DNA of 64,000 nucleotides from Tubulanus polymorphus. Taxonomy: Eukaryota; Animalia; Nemertea. The stretch is taken from the NCBI RefSeq assembly GCF_964204645.1, contig NC_134035.1, positions 11,874,451 to 11,938,450 on the forward strand, given 5' to 3'. The notes beneath the pieces were generated by a model, which was not told where the DNA came from, ran no database searches, and worked only from the letters and a program-made list of their open reading frames with translations. This document shows positions 54,501 through 64,000 of the stretch, piece after piece; the first letter of the stretch is position 1; each line of letters begins with the position of its first letter. The translations under genes and the position numbers were made by a program.

Positions 54501-57500
54501 GACTTTATCATTTTTGTTATATTAACGAAGGATTCTATATCCATGCTAAGAAACAAAGCGGTTTCCTTGGCTTTATGAATTATTTCTTCATATTTCTCTC
54601 CTTGAGTTTATGGTCTAAAGAGCTACATTAAAACACTATTAGGATATAGTTGAGACGTTGAATAAACTACAATAGCTCAAGGAATGCTTTTTCTATCTTA
54701 TTATGGGATCTTTTTCTGTTTGCAACACTGAGTGTTTCATCATTAGTTAACTTCGGGAAACACATTTCCTTAGAAATCATCATTACCGCATGCTAATTCA
54801 TCCGAACCATCATTACAGTCATTTACAAAATCACACACTTGCAGCACGTCGATACACATTCCGTTATCACGGCAGCTGAATTGACCGGACGTACAGTCGT
54901 TCGGAACGGTAGACGTCGGAACTATCGTTACTGGAGTTGTCGCCGGAGCTGGGGGTAAATCCGTGCTGGATTTCTGACAACCCGGCGTGAATGATACATC
55001 GTCTATAGCGATATCACTCTGCGAATTATCACCGGCCAATCCTTCGATGATTACCTGAAATAAACGAAAAATCAATCGGTTCATTCATGGTAATAAATTG
55101 CAGGGCTGCCCACATCTTCAAAATGTGATCAGTCATTTGCTATCAGTCATGAAATGAATTTGTTCACAAACATCTCATCGAAATATGAAAAAAAATGTTC
55201 AGATTAATCAGTAATCAACAGTATAATCCCCAGTAACATCTTTCATATTTCTGTATGCATCAAACAAATCAAATCGGTATTTCTCGTTATAGAATAGTAA
55301 CAAATACTGAAAAACAGGAACAGTTGGCAGCTCTGGTTAGAATTGAGCCATTGTCCAGTTAACTGCAGCAGGTTCACTGGCACTGGCAGTTCTATATCAA
55401 TCAAAATTCAATGAACTTTTCTCTTAACTAAATTGATTACCAATGAAAGCGATGCCAAACACTGAGTAGAAAAGTCAATTTCATAAAAAATCCTAAAAGG
55501 TCGATCGAAAATGAAGTTACTCGTATTGAAATAAAGAGAATGCAAAGAAACAATAACCGAACATCACGATTGATAGAACACTATATCCGTGTTGACGCGA
55601 TGTAGAAAGAATCCCACAATGATAAGGAAAAAGTCCGAAAATGTACCTTTGAGATAGTAGTTTATTCAACGTTTCACCATCTCGAAGTTACATTTTCGGA
55701 CTTTTTCCTTATCATTGTGGGATTCTCTCTACAATAACCGAACATAATCCAACACTTACTTGGAAGTTACTGTTTGAATTGATAGGTACGTCCAGACGCT
55801 CCCAGTAATCTCCTAACGAGCCGACATTCGACCAAACGCGTGAAGTTGGAGCTCCATCGCGATATATACGCAGATAAACCGATAACCGATTGACGTGTAA
55901 TCCGAACATGTGATAATACAGACGAATTCTACACGACGAATCAGTCGTGGCTACCATCGGACGCGTCAGTAACCACGCACGACTGTCTTTCCTTTGACCT
56001 ATCAAAAATATTATTGAAAATATCGATCAGTATTTTGTTATGATGATCGCACAGTTTTAATCAGAACGTAATTTTCAACGGTGGATTTCAGCCAGCAATC
56101 CGGCAGTGTTCTCTATATGCTGGTATTTTAAAGGGGCTGCATTCATTGTTAAGTGGCTGCTGGCTTTCAGTCCAGAAAAAAATTCATAAAAATTGAGCTG
56201 GATTTTGGCGATATCTTCTATTTTTCACATTAGCTCATTTCAAAGAAATCATCAGCATTAATAGAATTTTGACATCTACTGTAGTTATGCATGCATCTGC
56301 AACGTAGTACTGATTTATCTGCTATTGCTCATTAAGAATATACACTTGTGACCATCACACATCGAAGGAATGGTTATAAAGTGTTAAATGTTTGAACCTA
56401 GGTGCTAGTCCCATAGTCATGGCTTGGACTTAAGACCCACCAAAGACCATCATAGCTCAAAAGACAATCATAGATCATAGTTCTATAGCCAAACAATCAT
56501 ATATAGCCAAACTAACAACTTAAGACCAATCTCAAGTTCACTTTTGAACTAAAGCCTCGACTTTGGAACTGGAGCCAGAGATAGCTACACTGCTTTCCAC
56601 CTAACAAAGATACTATCGAAATAAAAATGTTACAGTACCTGTAGTTTCGATATACATGTAATGTCCGTCAGGAGTTCCTGTAGTGTGATCCGTCGATGGC
56701 CCCGTTCCGTAGCTCGGAGTCGAACCGTTCTTACGAGTCCAATCGAATTCATCGTCCGACGTCGTTTGGTAGAAACTGCCGACGCCGTTTTCGAAATCGA
56801 TTCGTTCGTACGCGTTACAATTCATCTCGTCGGAACCGTCTCCGCAATGATCGGCGAGATCGCAGAGGAAATTCTTCGGTACGCAAGCTTTATTGAAGCA
56901 CCAGAAATTGACGGTCGCGTCGCACGTCGGTTTCGGCAGCGGAGGCTCGCAGCCGCTGAACAGGATATCGTCTATAGCCGTCGTTCCGTTGTACGTGTAG
57001 GTTCCGCCGCTGAAGAACAGTCTGTACGGCTTCTTCTGTAAACCGATACCGACTTTAACGGTGTTCCACGTATTCCCCGTATCGACGAACGTCCACCAGG
57101 AATTGATACGCCGGCTGCTGGAATACTGTATACCGAATACCAATCGACCGACACGTCCCGTGTGCTGATAGTAGAACTGTACTCGACAATCTAACCCGTT
57201 CGATTTCAGTAACGGACTGACGAGTTTCGCCGGCATTTTACCGTTTTTGTAGTATATAAACGCGTAGTGTCCGTCTTTAGATCCGGTCGTGCGATCGACG
57301 GCTGGCGCCATCTGTCTGATAGACATCGTACCAGCTCCGCTTCCGCGCTTCCAATCGAAATTCGTCTCCTTCTCCTCGAACCAGCCGCACATGTCCTTTT
57401 CGAAATCGCAGTTGTCGGTTTGTATCGGCGGGGTAACGGTCGGCGGCGCGATCGTCGGACCGCCGGCCACGCAGCCGGGAGTGAACGAGATATCGTCAAC

Positions 57501-60500
57501 GGCGATATCGCCCGAATACCCGTTACCGGTGACGCCTTCGATCACGACCTGGAATCGATCGGCGCTCGCGATATCAATCACCGCGCGTTTCCATTCGTCG
57601 TCTTGCGATTTTTTCATCGACCAGACGGGCGTCGATGACGTTCCTTTATCCGTGCGTAAATACACGTTTAACGCGTTTATATGTCGACCGTACATGTGAT
57701 AGAAAAATCTAAACGAGCATTTCGTCGTCGCGGCGATCGTCGGTTTGAAAACGGCGCTGATTAAACGAGCCGTTTCGTCGTTTTGTCGATTGCTCGCTTC
57801 GATGTAGACGTAATAACCGGTCGAATTACCGTACGTATGATCCAGTGACGGACCCGTGCCGTACGACATCGTGCGACCGCTTTGACGTTGCCACTGAAAG
57901 TTGGCCGTCGCGTCGTGTTTCCAGTTGCAGAAATCGTTCTCGAAGTCGCAGCGTTCGACGTAGGCGTCGCAGTTCGCCTCGTCCGAGTTGTCGCCGCAGT
58001 CGTCCTCGTAATCGCACACCGACGTTTTGTTGACGCATTGTCCGTTTTTACACCGGAATTTATCGGCTCCGTCACACGATTCCGGTTTCGCGTAACCGCA
58101 GTTAACGTACGAGACGTCGTCGAGCGCGTAATGTCCGTTGTTGTGGTAGAGCGAACCTTCGAATCGTAGTCTGAACGGTTCGCGACGCCGTCCGACGCCG
58201 ACCGTTACTCCGATCCAATCGTTGGACACCGTGCGACCGACCGACCACAGAGTTAATTTATACGGAACGGGTTTCGTCAAGCCGTAAATGAGAGTGAGTT
58301 TCAGGTCATTCGAAATGAAATACGTGTTGTTGACGTTGTAGAAGAATTTAACGGCACAGCTGGCCTTCGACGTCTGTAGAATCGGTGTTTGTAGCAGCGC
58401 AGTGCCGTAGAATGAACCGGCGTTTTGTTCGTCGATGTATACGAAATATCCGCCAGTCGTTCCCGATGTATGATCCTTGCCCGGTTTCGTTAAGATACTC
58501 GGCGTCGACGCCAGTCCGCGTATCCAGTTATACCGCGATTTACTCATATCCGACCAGCCGCAGAGTCCCTTTTCGAAAGTACACTGTCCGCAACTGCTTT
58601 CGTCTGAACCATCCGAACAGTCTTGATTGAAATCGCATTTTTGCGTTACGTTGACGCAGCCATTTCCGTCCGCGCATTGCCACATATTTACGCAAGGATT
58701 CGGCGTAGTTATAGGTGGCGCTATAGTTGTTAGCGCCGGTGGTAAAACGCCGTCAAAAACTTTACATTTGTACGTAAACGAAATATCGTCGATGGCGATA
58801 TCGCCGAAGAATCCCGTTCCTACCGTGGCTTCAAATATGATACGGAACGGACCTTTTCTCAGTTTACTCAGAGAAATACTCGCTCTTTCGTAATAATTTC
58901 CGACTTCTCCGCTGACGGTGAACAACGACGTCAAAGGACCGTTCTCCTCCTTCTGCGAATAAACCGTCAAATCGCCGGTCGTCTTTCCGAACATGTGATA
59001 ATAGAAACGCAAATCGCAATCGAAAGAATTACCGGCAGTCATCACCGGCGAAATCAAACGCGCTTTATCGCCTTTTTGTCGGAAACTCGATTCGATGTAG
59101 AGATAATATCCGTACTTCGTATTCGTCGTATGATCGCGAGTCGGTCCGGTAGTTTGCGAAAGCGTGCTGCCCTTATTGCGAGTCCAATCGAAATCGTCGG
59201 TTTTACGATCCTGCGTCCAGCCGCACATATCATTCTCGAAATCGCATCTCACGTTATCGGCGCACGTTGCATTGTGCTCGTCGGACATGTCGCCGCAATC
59301 ATCCGTAAAATCGCATTGACGACTGTTGCTGTAACACGAACCACGGTTGCATTTGATTAGAAAAGAATATTCACACTTGTCAACGATTTCTGGCAAACCG
59401 CATCCGACGAACGAGATATCGTCGATCGCTATATCGCCCATAGTGAGATATTTTCTTTGCGCGTGGATGACAATTCTAAACGGCGATCTCAATCTTCCGA
59501 TCTGCACGGTGCCCATTATCCATTTGTTGCCTTGTTCTCCTTTGACGTGCCACATCTCCGTTTCGATGTCGCCCTCCTGATGGTAAACTCGAAGGCGACC
59601 GATGTTTTTGCCGTACATGTGGTAGAAGAAGGTCATCTGACAAGTCGAACTGGCCTGTTGAAACTCGGGACTCGTGAATCGCGCTACCGGCGCTCCTAAT
59701 CCTTTCCTGGCGTCGACGTACATATAGTGTCCGGCCGGGGACGTCGTCGTGTGGTCAAACGTTGGCCCTGAAAAAATTTGAGAAGTTGTAGAATATTTCA
59801 GTTTCATTCAAACGAAATTATTTGTGACTGAGAAAAGTCACAATTAAAACTTTCAGTTAGAAAGAAATCTCAGTCCAAACAGTAATGATACCGTATCAAC
59901 TTCCACACTAATAATGAAAAATAATGTTCGAAATATTTCCTTGAATTAATAGTTTATCCAACATTTATTCAATTTTCTTAATTTTTAAGTTCTTAATATG
60001 TCCTTTAATTCTATAAATCTCACAATTTCAATTGAACTTCACTTTTCAAATTCAGTATTCCTGAAGATGACATTCAATAAACCATTACTTCGAAATGTGA
60101 TTTTGGTCATAATTTTTGATCGTTTCATCGGTTCATAGATTTTATACATTAAACCAAAAATACACGTTACGTATTTTTGAGTCGTTCAGTGCTCAGTTTT
60201 TGAGTCTTCAGCAGACATTTTCCCACTATACAGAACTACTGAATCAAAGATGAACTAAACTGAATTTCCAGATACTGAATAACCATATATCCTACTACAA
60301 TGACTTACCTGTATTGATATTAGCCGTACTTCCTTGATTGATGCTCCATTTGAATGGTCCGCTGCTTGTATCGTTCCATTTACAATGACCTTTACCTTCG
60401 AACGTACAATCGTATCCGCATTGCACTTCGTCGGCGCCGTCCACGCAATCTTTCGTGAAATCGCAAACTTTATCCCTCGTCAACCACGAACCGTCGGAAC

Positions 60501-63500
60501 ACTGGAAGTATCTCGGGGGCGGCGACGTCGGCGGCGGCGGACAGATTCCGTTGCGTATGAAATTGACGTCGTCGATCGCGATGTCGCCGCGATGTCCCAC
60601 ACCGACGGTCCCTTCGAATATCATCACGTAATCGCCGACGCCGGATTTCATTGGCGCTCCGTGCGACTGCCATCCGTCGACTTGTTGATCGCCGGTCAAC
60701 GTCCAGCTTTCGATCTCTTTCACGGAGGTATTCAGCGATTTTTGAATCACTCGTAATGTGCCGACGTCGGCGCCTTTCATGTGATACCAGAACTCTAGAC
60801 AACCGTACGTATCGTTATTAAAAGTCGTCGATACCAGACGCGCTTTGTCGTTCTCTTTCTGAGGTGGCGACGCCTCTATAAACATGTACGCGCCGTATTT
60901 GGTTCCGAGGGTATGATCGGCGGCCGGACCGGTGCCCCACGATAGCGTGCTACCGCGAACCCGTTCCCAGTTGAACATGTCGTAACGTTCCTCGTTAACC
61001 CACGTGCACGTGCCGTCTTCAAAATTACAGCTTCCAGGCGATTGGCATTTCTTGTCCAACATTCGAATATCGTCGATGGCGATATCTCCGAAAGCGCTGT
61101 GTCCGCGTACGCCTTCGAATACGACTTGGAAGTCGAGCGAGCTGTCGATGTTGACTTCGGCTCCGTACCAGCGATCGCCCTGCTGTCCGCTGCGCGACCA
61201 AATCGGTTTTCCGACGTTGCCCCGATGCTTGTGATAGACGTTCAACGTGCCGATATGCCAACCCTTCATGTGATACCAAAACTGTAAGCATTGTCCGGAT
61301 CTCCGCTTGAACATCGGACTGTCGAGTCGCGCCGTAGCTCCGCGCGTCTGTCCGGTCATCTCCGTATACATATAGTGACCTAGATGAGTACCGTACGTAT
61401 GATCGAATGCCGGACCTGTGAAGCCGCTCGGCGTCGTTCCGCTGTTTAGTGTCCACTCGAAGATCGCCGTCGGATCGTGCGTATATCCGCATAGACCGTT
61501 TTCGAAATCGCACAGTCGACTCGGCGGACACGCCTGACGGTTAAACTTGATGTCGTCGATCGCGATGTCGCCGTAAAACGACTTCCCGGCTAAACCTTCG
61601 AATACGACATCCCACGAGTTCGATTCCTGTACGTGTATCTGCGCGTAACGCCAGTCGGGGCCGTGCGAGCCGTGTAGAGTCCACAGCAGAACGTCGGGTC
61701 GTTGCGGGTTCACCGCGTCGCGAACGTACACGTTCAGACGATTCACCGTGCTGCCGTACATGTGATACCAGAACTTGATACACGCGCCGCCCTGCGGAAC
61801 GTGATATGGGTATCCGGTGATCAGTCGAGCCGTGTCGTTTACGTTCGTACGCGACGTCTCGATGAACATGTAATGACCGTTTATCGAACCGGTCGTGTGG
61901 TCGGCGAGCGGACCGGTACCGGCGCTCGGACTCGGACCGGATCGTCTCGTCCAGTTGAATACACCGGTCGGGTCTAATTGCCAACTGCATAAATCGCTCT
62001 CGAATGTGCAGTCGTTGATCGTCGGCGGGTACGTCGGCGGGAACGTGATCGGCGCTTGAGTAGTCGTCGGTATTTTCGCGCATCGTCCGTATCTCGAATA
62101 CGATATATCGTCGATGGCTATGTCGCCGGTGTAGTTACCGCCGTTCGTGCCCTCGATGACGATCGCGAACGTCACCGGCGACGAGATATCCACGCGACCT
62201 TCGTTCCAGAACCGTCCTAAATTACCCGTCTGCCGCCAGTGACGTACGTCGCTGTTCGGTTGATCGGGTACGTGCGTATACACGGATAGATTACCGGTTC
62301 CCGCTCCATACATGTGATACCAGAATTTCAAACAGCCCGCCTTCGTCGGTTGTATCGTTTCGCTGACCAGTCGAGCTTTTTCCTTCTCGCCCGAATGCGT
62401 CGTCGATGATTCGATATAAGCGTAGAAACCGGCGGCCGTGCCGGTCGTGTGATCGATATCGGGTCCCGTGAAATAACTCGGCGTCGCGCCGCTATTTCGC
62501 AACCAATCGAAATCAGCCGTCGGGCTGTTCGCCCAGCCGCAGAAATCTTCCTCGAAGTCGCAGAATCCTTGCGGCGGACAGGCGTTGTCGACGATCTCGA
62601 CGTCGTCGATCGCGATGTCGCCGCGGTAATTCTTACCGACGGCGCCCGCGATCAATATCTTGTAATCGGACGAAAACTTTTTCATCGTCACCTTCGCGTG
62701 GCGCCACTGGTTGCCCTCGTTACCGACGCGCGTCCACGGTATTCCGCTCGGGAAGTACTGATCGGTGCGCACCTGATACACGGACAACGAGCCGATATCT
62801 TTGCCGTACATGTGATACCAGAACGTGAAACATCGGTCTTGTTTTCCGTCGTACGGTCGACTCTCGATGATCGCCTGGTCGTGTTCTTTACGCGGAAATG
62901 ACGTCTCGATGTACGCGTAATAACCGGCGTCCGTACCGGTCGTGTGATCGATCGACGGTCCCGTACCGGTCGTCCACGTACCGCCGCGACCGCGCGACCA
63001 GTCGAACTGATCGTACTTAGCCTGTTTCCAGTCGCAGAAATCGTCTTCGAAGTCGCAGATCGGCGATTTCGGGCATTCTCCGTCCAAAATAAATACGTCG
63101 TCGACGGCGATATCGCCGCGGAAACTCTTCCCGGCGATTCCCTCGATCGTTATACGGTAATCGAAATCCGACTGGAACGATTTCATCGCCTGTTTCCACG
63201 AGTTGCCTTGAGTTTTACGACGTTCGAACAGCGTCTGTCGGGTTTGGTTGTTGTTCTCGAGGTATACGCGTAACGTATCGACGTCCGGTCCGTACATGTG
63301 ATACCAGAACGTGAAACAATAACCTTTATTGTGCGTCGGCGGTTGAACGGGCGAATCTAACCGGAACACGTCGCCCGGTTTCGTCGGCCACGACGTCTCG
63401 ATATAGATGTAATATCCGTTACCCGTGTGATCGGCGGTCGGTCCCGTAAATTCCGAACTCGTACTACCATCCGTGCGGCGCCACGTACGCCGACTAGCCG

Positions 63501-64000
63501 CCTTCCAGTTACACATATCGGCGTCGAAATTACAGTCGAGTTTCGGAGGTTGTTTATTCGGATTACAATTACTGAACGATATATCGTCGATCGCGATGTC
63601 GCCGCTGTTCTTCGGATGGATCAACATATCGCGATTCGGAAGCGCTTCGAATTGAACGCGGAAGCCCTTATCGACGGCGCCTCCGTGTTTATGCCCGATG
63701 TAAGCGGTTCCTTTCAGCCAGTCGTCGACGCCCGTGCTGCCGTATTTCGTTAAAAGCGTCGTCACGGTTCCGTTGATTTCGAGATTGACGTTCAACGAAC
63801 CGACGCGTCTGCCGTACATGTGATACCAGAAGTACATTTCGCAATTTTCCGACGCGGCCGGTAAATCGGGACTGCGCAACACGGCGCTCGAGAAGTACTC
63901 GCCGTTTCCGCCTTCGACCCACGCATACCATCCTTTATCCGATTGTAACGTGTGATCGACGTCCGGTCCCGTATAGTAGCTATCGGTCGGCCCTTGTCGT
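42475..64000 (-). CDS. MALRD1: MAM and LDL-receptor class A domain-containing type I membrane protein (MALRD1-like); multi-exon, 5'-partial (continues beyond window)
   Basis: 26 exons joined by hand at GT-AG sites, all intron phases consistent (10654 nt in window). Repeated MAM motifs (CDFE..C.W, GP..DHT, F.YHMYG, GDIAIDD), LDLa motifs (C..FxC...CD...DC.DGSDE..C), EGF-like, TM helix and NPxY tail. Symbol denotes family resemblance; orthology vs MAMDC4 not tested. Confidence 0.93.
42910..42975 (-). CDS. MALRD1: MALRD1-like exon Y (cytoplasmic)
   Basis: [22 protein letters not shown]; tttcag| and |GTACGT; phase 0-0. Confidence 0.8.
43287..43353 (-). CDS. MALRD1: MALRD1-like exon X (cytoplasmic, NPAY)
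   Basis: [22 protein letters not shown]; aatcag| and |GTAAGT; phase 2-0. Confidence 0.87.
43532..43643 (-). CDS. MALRD1: MALRD1-like exon W (transmembrane helix)
   Basis: [26 protein letters not shown] followed by KRR stop-transfer; tttcag| and |GTGAGT. Confidence 0.9.
44048..44191 (-). CDS. MALRD1: MALRD1-like exon V (EGF-like)
   Basis: [13 protein letters not shown]...[10 protein letters not shown]; tttcag| and |GTAAGT. Confidence 0.88.
44277..44393 (-). CDS. MALRD1: MALRD1-like exon U (LDLa)
   Basis: [33 protein letters not shown]; ttttag| and |GTAGGA. Confidence 0.88.
44488..44620 (-). CDS. MALRD1: MALRD1-like exon T (LDLa)
   Basis: [36 protein letters not shown]; attcag| and |GTAAGT. 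Confidence 0.9.
44956..45119 (-). CDS. MALRD1: MALRD1-like exon S (LDLa)
   Basis: CYADHFYC...[16 protein letters not shown]; ttacag| and |GTAAAT. Confidence 0.9.
45191..45405. mobile_element. MITE family B, older copy in intron, TTA TSD
   Basis: Diverged homolog of 24719-24938; TTA both sides. Confidence 0.85.
45709..45919 (-). CDS. MALRD1: MALRD1-like exon R (last MAM end)
   Basis: VVAK...GNQGNQWK...[14 protein letters not shown]; aatcag| and |GTATAG. Confidence 0.88.
46126..46295 (-). CDS. MALRD1: MALRD1-like exon Q
   Basis: GSQFLVIDA...[10 protein letters not shown]...GSIE; tttcag| and |GTGAGT. Confidence 0.9.
46479..46625 (-). CDS. MALRD1: MALRD1-like exon P (MAM start)
   Basis: [18 protein letters not shown]...TGP; weaker AAG acceptor, donor |GTTCGT. 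Confidence 0.82.
46723..46857 (-). CDS. MALRD1: MALRD1-like exon O (atypical LDLa)
   Basis: [18 protein letters not shown]...[22 protein letters not shown]; tttcag| and |GTAAGT. Confidence 0.88.
47111..47410. repeat. 30-bp minisatellite x10 inside a CAGGGTGGC...CCACCCT element (47052-47433)
   Basis: (gattcttncgattcccatgtatttaccagg)10. Confidence 0.95.
47535..47894 (-). CDS. MALRD1: MALRD1-like exon N (MAM)
   Basis: GYYAYL...[10 protein letters not shown]...[13 protein letters not shown]; ttgtag| and |GTAACT. Confidence 0.9.
47959..48240. repeat. ~89-bp tandem repeat x3 including a MITE end
   Basis: caggatccagttccacag...gggactacgtttgctcacgtaat repeated. Confidence 0.9.
48396..48527 (-). CDS. 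MALRD1: MALRD1-like exon M (MAM start)
   Basis: [16 protein letters not shown]...DFAW...[11 protein letters not shown]; gacag| and |GTAAAT. Confidence 0.9.
49034..49189 (-). CDS. MALRD1: MALRD1-like exon L (LDLa)
   Basis: CGVGFIQC...[16 protein letters not shown]; tttcag| and |GTACGT. Confidence 0.9.
49367..49436. repeat. Inverted repeat, 20-bp perfect arms
   Basis: gtatgaaataaactatgtac...gtacatagtttatttcatac. Confidence 0.85.
49867..49957 (-). CDS. MALRD1: MALRD1-like exon K
   Basis: [26 protein letters not shown]; ctatag| and |GTAAGT. Confidence 0.9.
50048..50224 (-). CDS. MALRD1: MALRD1-like exon J
   Basis: [17 protein letters not shown]...GDYWSRAE...EDFE; ttatag| and |GTTTGT. Confidence 0.9.
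50426..50634. mobile_element. MITE family F (cagggctggcaac...gttgacagctctg), hAT-like termini
   Basis: Homologous to 55101-55335 and more distantly 28291-28496. Confidence 0.7.
50919..51010 (-). CDS. MALRD1: MALRD1-like exon I
   Basis: GSYMHIQT...NARLKS...GCK; tttcag| and |GTAAGA. Confidence 0.88.
51154..51313 (-). CDS. MALRD1: MALRD1-like exon H (MAM start)
   Basis: [18 protein letters not shown]...GPSVDHTT; ttccag| and |GTAAAT. Confidence 0.9.
51349..51574. mobile_element. MITE family E copy in intron
   Basis: agtgcatctacaccgcagtgcggtgt...acaccgcgccgtggtgtagacgcact. Confidence 0.8.
51740..51900 (-). CDS. MALRD1: MALRD1-like exon G (MAM end, LDLa)
   Basis: Not in ORF track; translated [13 protein letters not shown]...FKCDDRQSC...[15 protein letters not shown]; ttacag| and |GTAGGT. 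Confidence 0.9.
52016..53334. repeat. ~1.3-kb compound satellite built from AGAACTG-based 8-12-nt subunits
   Basis: Alternating agaactgt/agaactgatcc/agaactgaatcc; 31-bp higher-order unit at left end. Confidence 0.97.
53385..53708 (-). CDS. MALRD1: MALRD1-like exon F (MAM)
   Basis: [10 protein letters not shown]...CTLEFYYFM...GNQGAVW...NFR; ttttag| and |GTTCGT. Confidence 0.88.
53823..53927. mobile_element. MITE family C copy, 3-bp TSD (TGA)
   Basis: tga|gggcccagtttcac...gtgaaactgggccc|tga. Confidence 0.85.
54006..54155 (-). CDS. MALRD1: MALRD1-like exon E (MAM start containing RLKR)
   Basis: [14 protein letters not shown]...LKRLKRD...DLFRP; tattcag| and |GTGAGT. Confidence 0.88.
54365..54406 (-). 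ncRNA. Minimal type I hammerhead motif in receptor-gene intron, sense to the pre-mRNA
   Basis: Minus strand AUUC-CUGACGA-U-GACUA(UUAAGAUG)UAGUU-GAAA-CGUU-GAAU. Confidence 0.65.
54427..54468 (+). ncRNA. Inverted partner hammerhead motif (degenerate core)
   Basis: AUUC-UUGAAGA-U-GACUAU(CAGGUU)AUAGUC-GAAA-UGUC-GAAU. Confidence 0.5.
54787..55054 (-). CDS. MALRD1: MALRD1-like exon D (MAM end, PT linker, LDLa)
   Basis: VIIEG...DIAIDD...[16 protein letters not shown]; tttcag| and |GTAATG. Confidence 0.9.
55101..55335. mobile_element. MITE family F copy
   Basis: Shares attaatcagtaatcaacagta...catcaaacaaatcaaatc and ends with 50426-50634. Confidence 0.7.
55601..55733. repeat. Inverted repeat with ~45-bp arms (related to the 54290-54540 palindrome)
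   Basis: tgtagaaagaatcccacaatgataaggaaaaagtccgaaaatgta / tacattttcggactttttccttatcattgtgggattctctctaca; loop contains tttattcaacgtttca. Confidence 0.85.
55760..55998 (-). CDS. MALRD1: MALRD1-like exon C (MAM part)
   Basis: [11 protein letters not shown]...LYYHMFG...SNFQ; tgatag| and |GTAAGT. Confidence 0.9.
56639..59767 (-). CDS. MALRD1: MALRD1-like exon B (giant exon, 3129 nt; alternating MAM/LDLa)
   Basis: ORF 56613-59807; acceptor ttttttcag|GG, donor G|GTACTG; phase 1-1. Confidence 0.95.
60309..64000 (-). CDS. MALRD1: MALRD1-like exon A (giant exon, >3.69 kb; ~7 MAM, 1 LDLa, start of next MAM)
   Basis: ORF 60295-63882; frame stays open to window end ([17 protein letters not shown]...); donor G|GTAAGT. 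Confidence 0.95.

Noticed and set aside
56661-63931. Many antisense and off-frame ORFs over the giant exons (and over TIPRL, 29003-29793)
   Set aside because: Shadow ORFs expected from GC-rich codon usage opposite a real CDS; no domain signal.

Overview
Eukaryotic (animal, probably marine invertebrate/lophotrochozoan - inference from gene content, GT-AG introns and TE types) genomic DNA; not prokaryotic. Two confident protein-coding genes, both on the minus strand: (1) the 3' part of a very large MAM + LDL-receptor-class-A type I membrane receptor (MALRD1/MAMDC4-like). I reconstructed 26 phase-consistent exons from >64000 to the stop at 42475 (~10.65 kb CDS, >=3550 aa; ~17 MAM, 12 LDLa, EGF-like, TM, tail with two NPxY motifs). 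(2) TIPRL (TIP41-like PP2A regulator) with an uninterrupted CDS at 28925-29788. The rest is gene-poor and repeat-rich: several MITE families (PIF/Harbinger-like with 3-bp TSD, a 9-bp-TSD Mutator-like element with tRNA-like TIRs, a 5-bp-TSD hAT-like family), a tRNA-derived SINE, RTE/LINE remnants, micro/minisatellites and palindromes. The most notable non-coding signal is a set of minimal type-I hammerhead-ribozyme motifs of the Penelope-like-element kind: a tandem pair at ~385-516 and an inverted pair inside an intron of the receptor gene at ~54365-54468. I see no CRISPR array, rRNA or intact tRNA. I cannot claim a wholly new system; the best leads are listed as findings.
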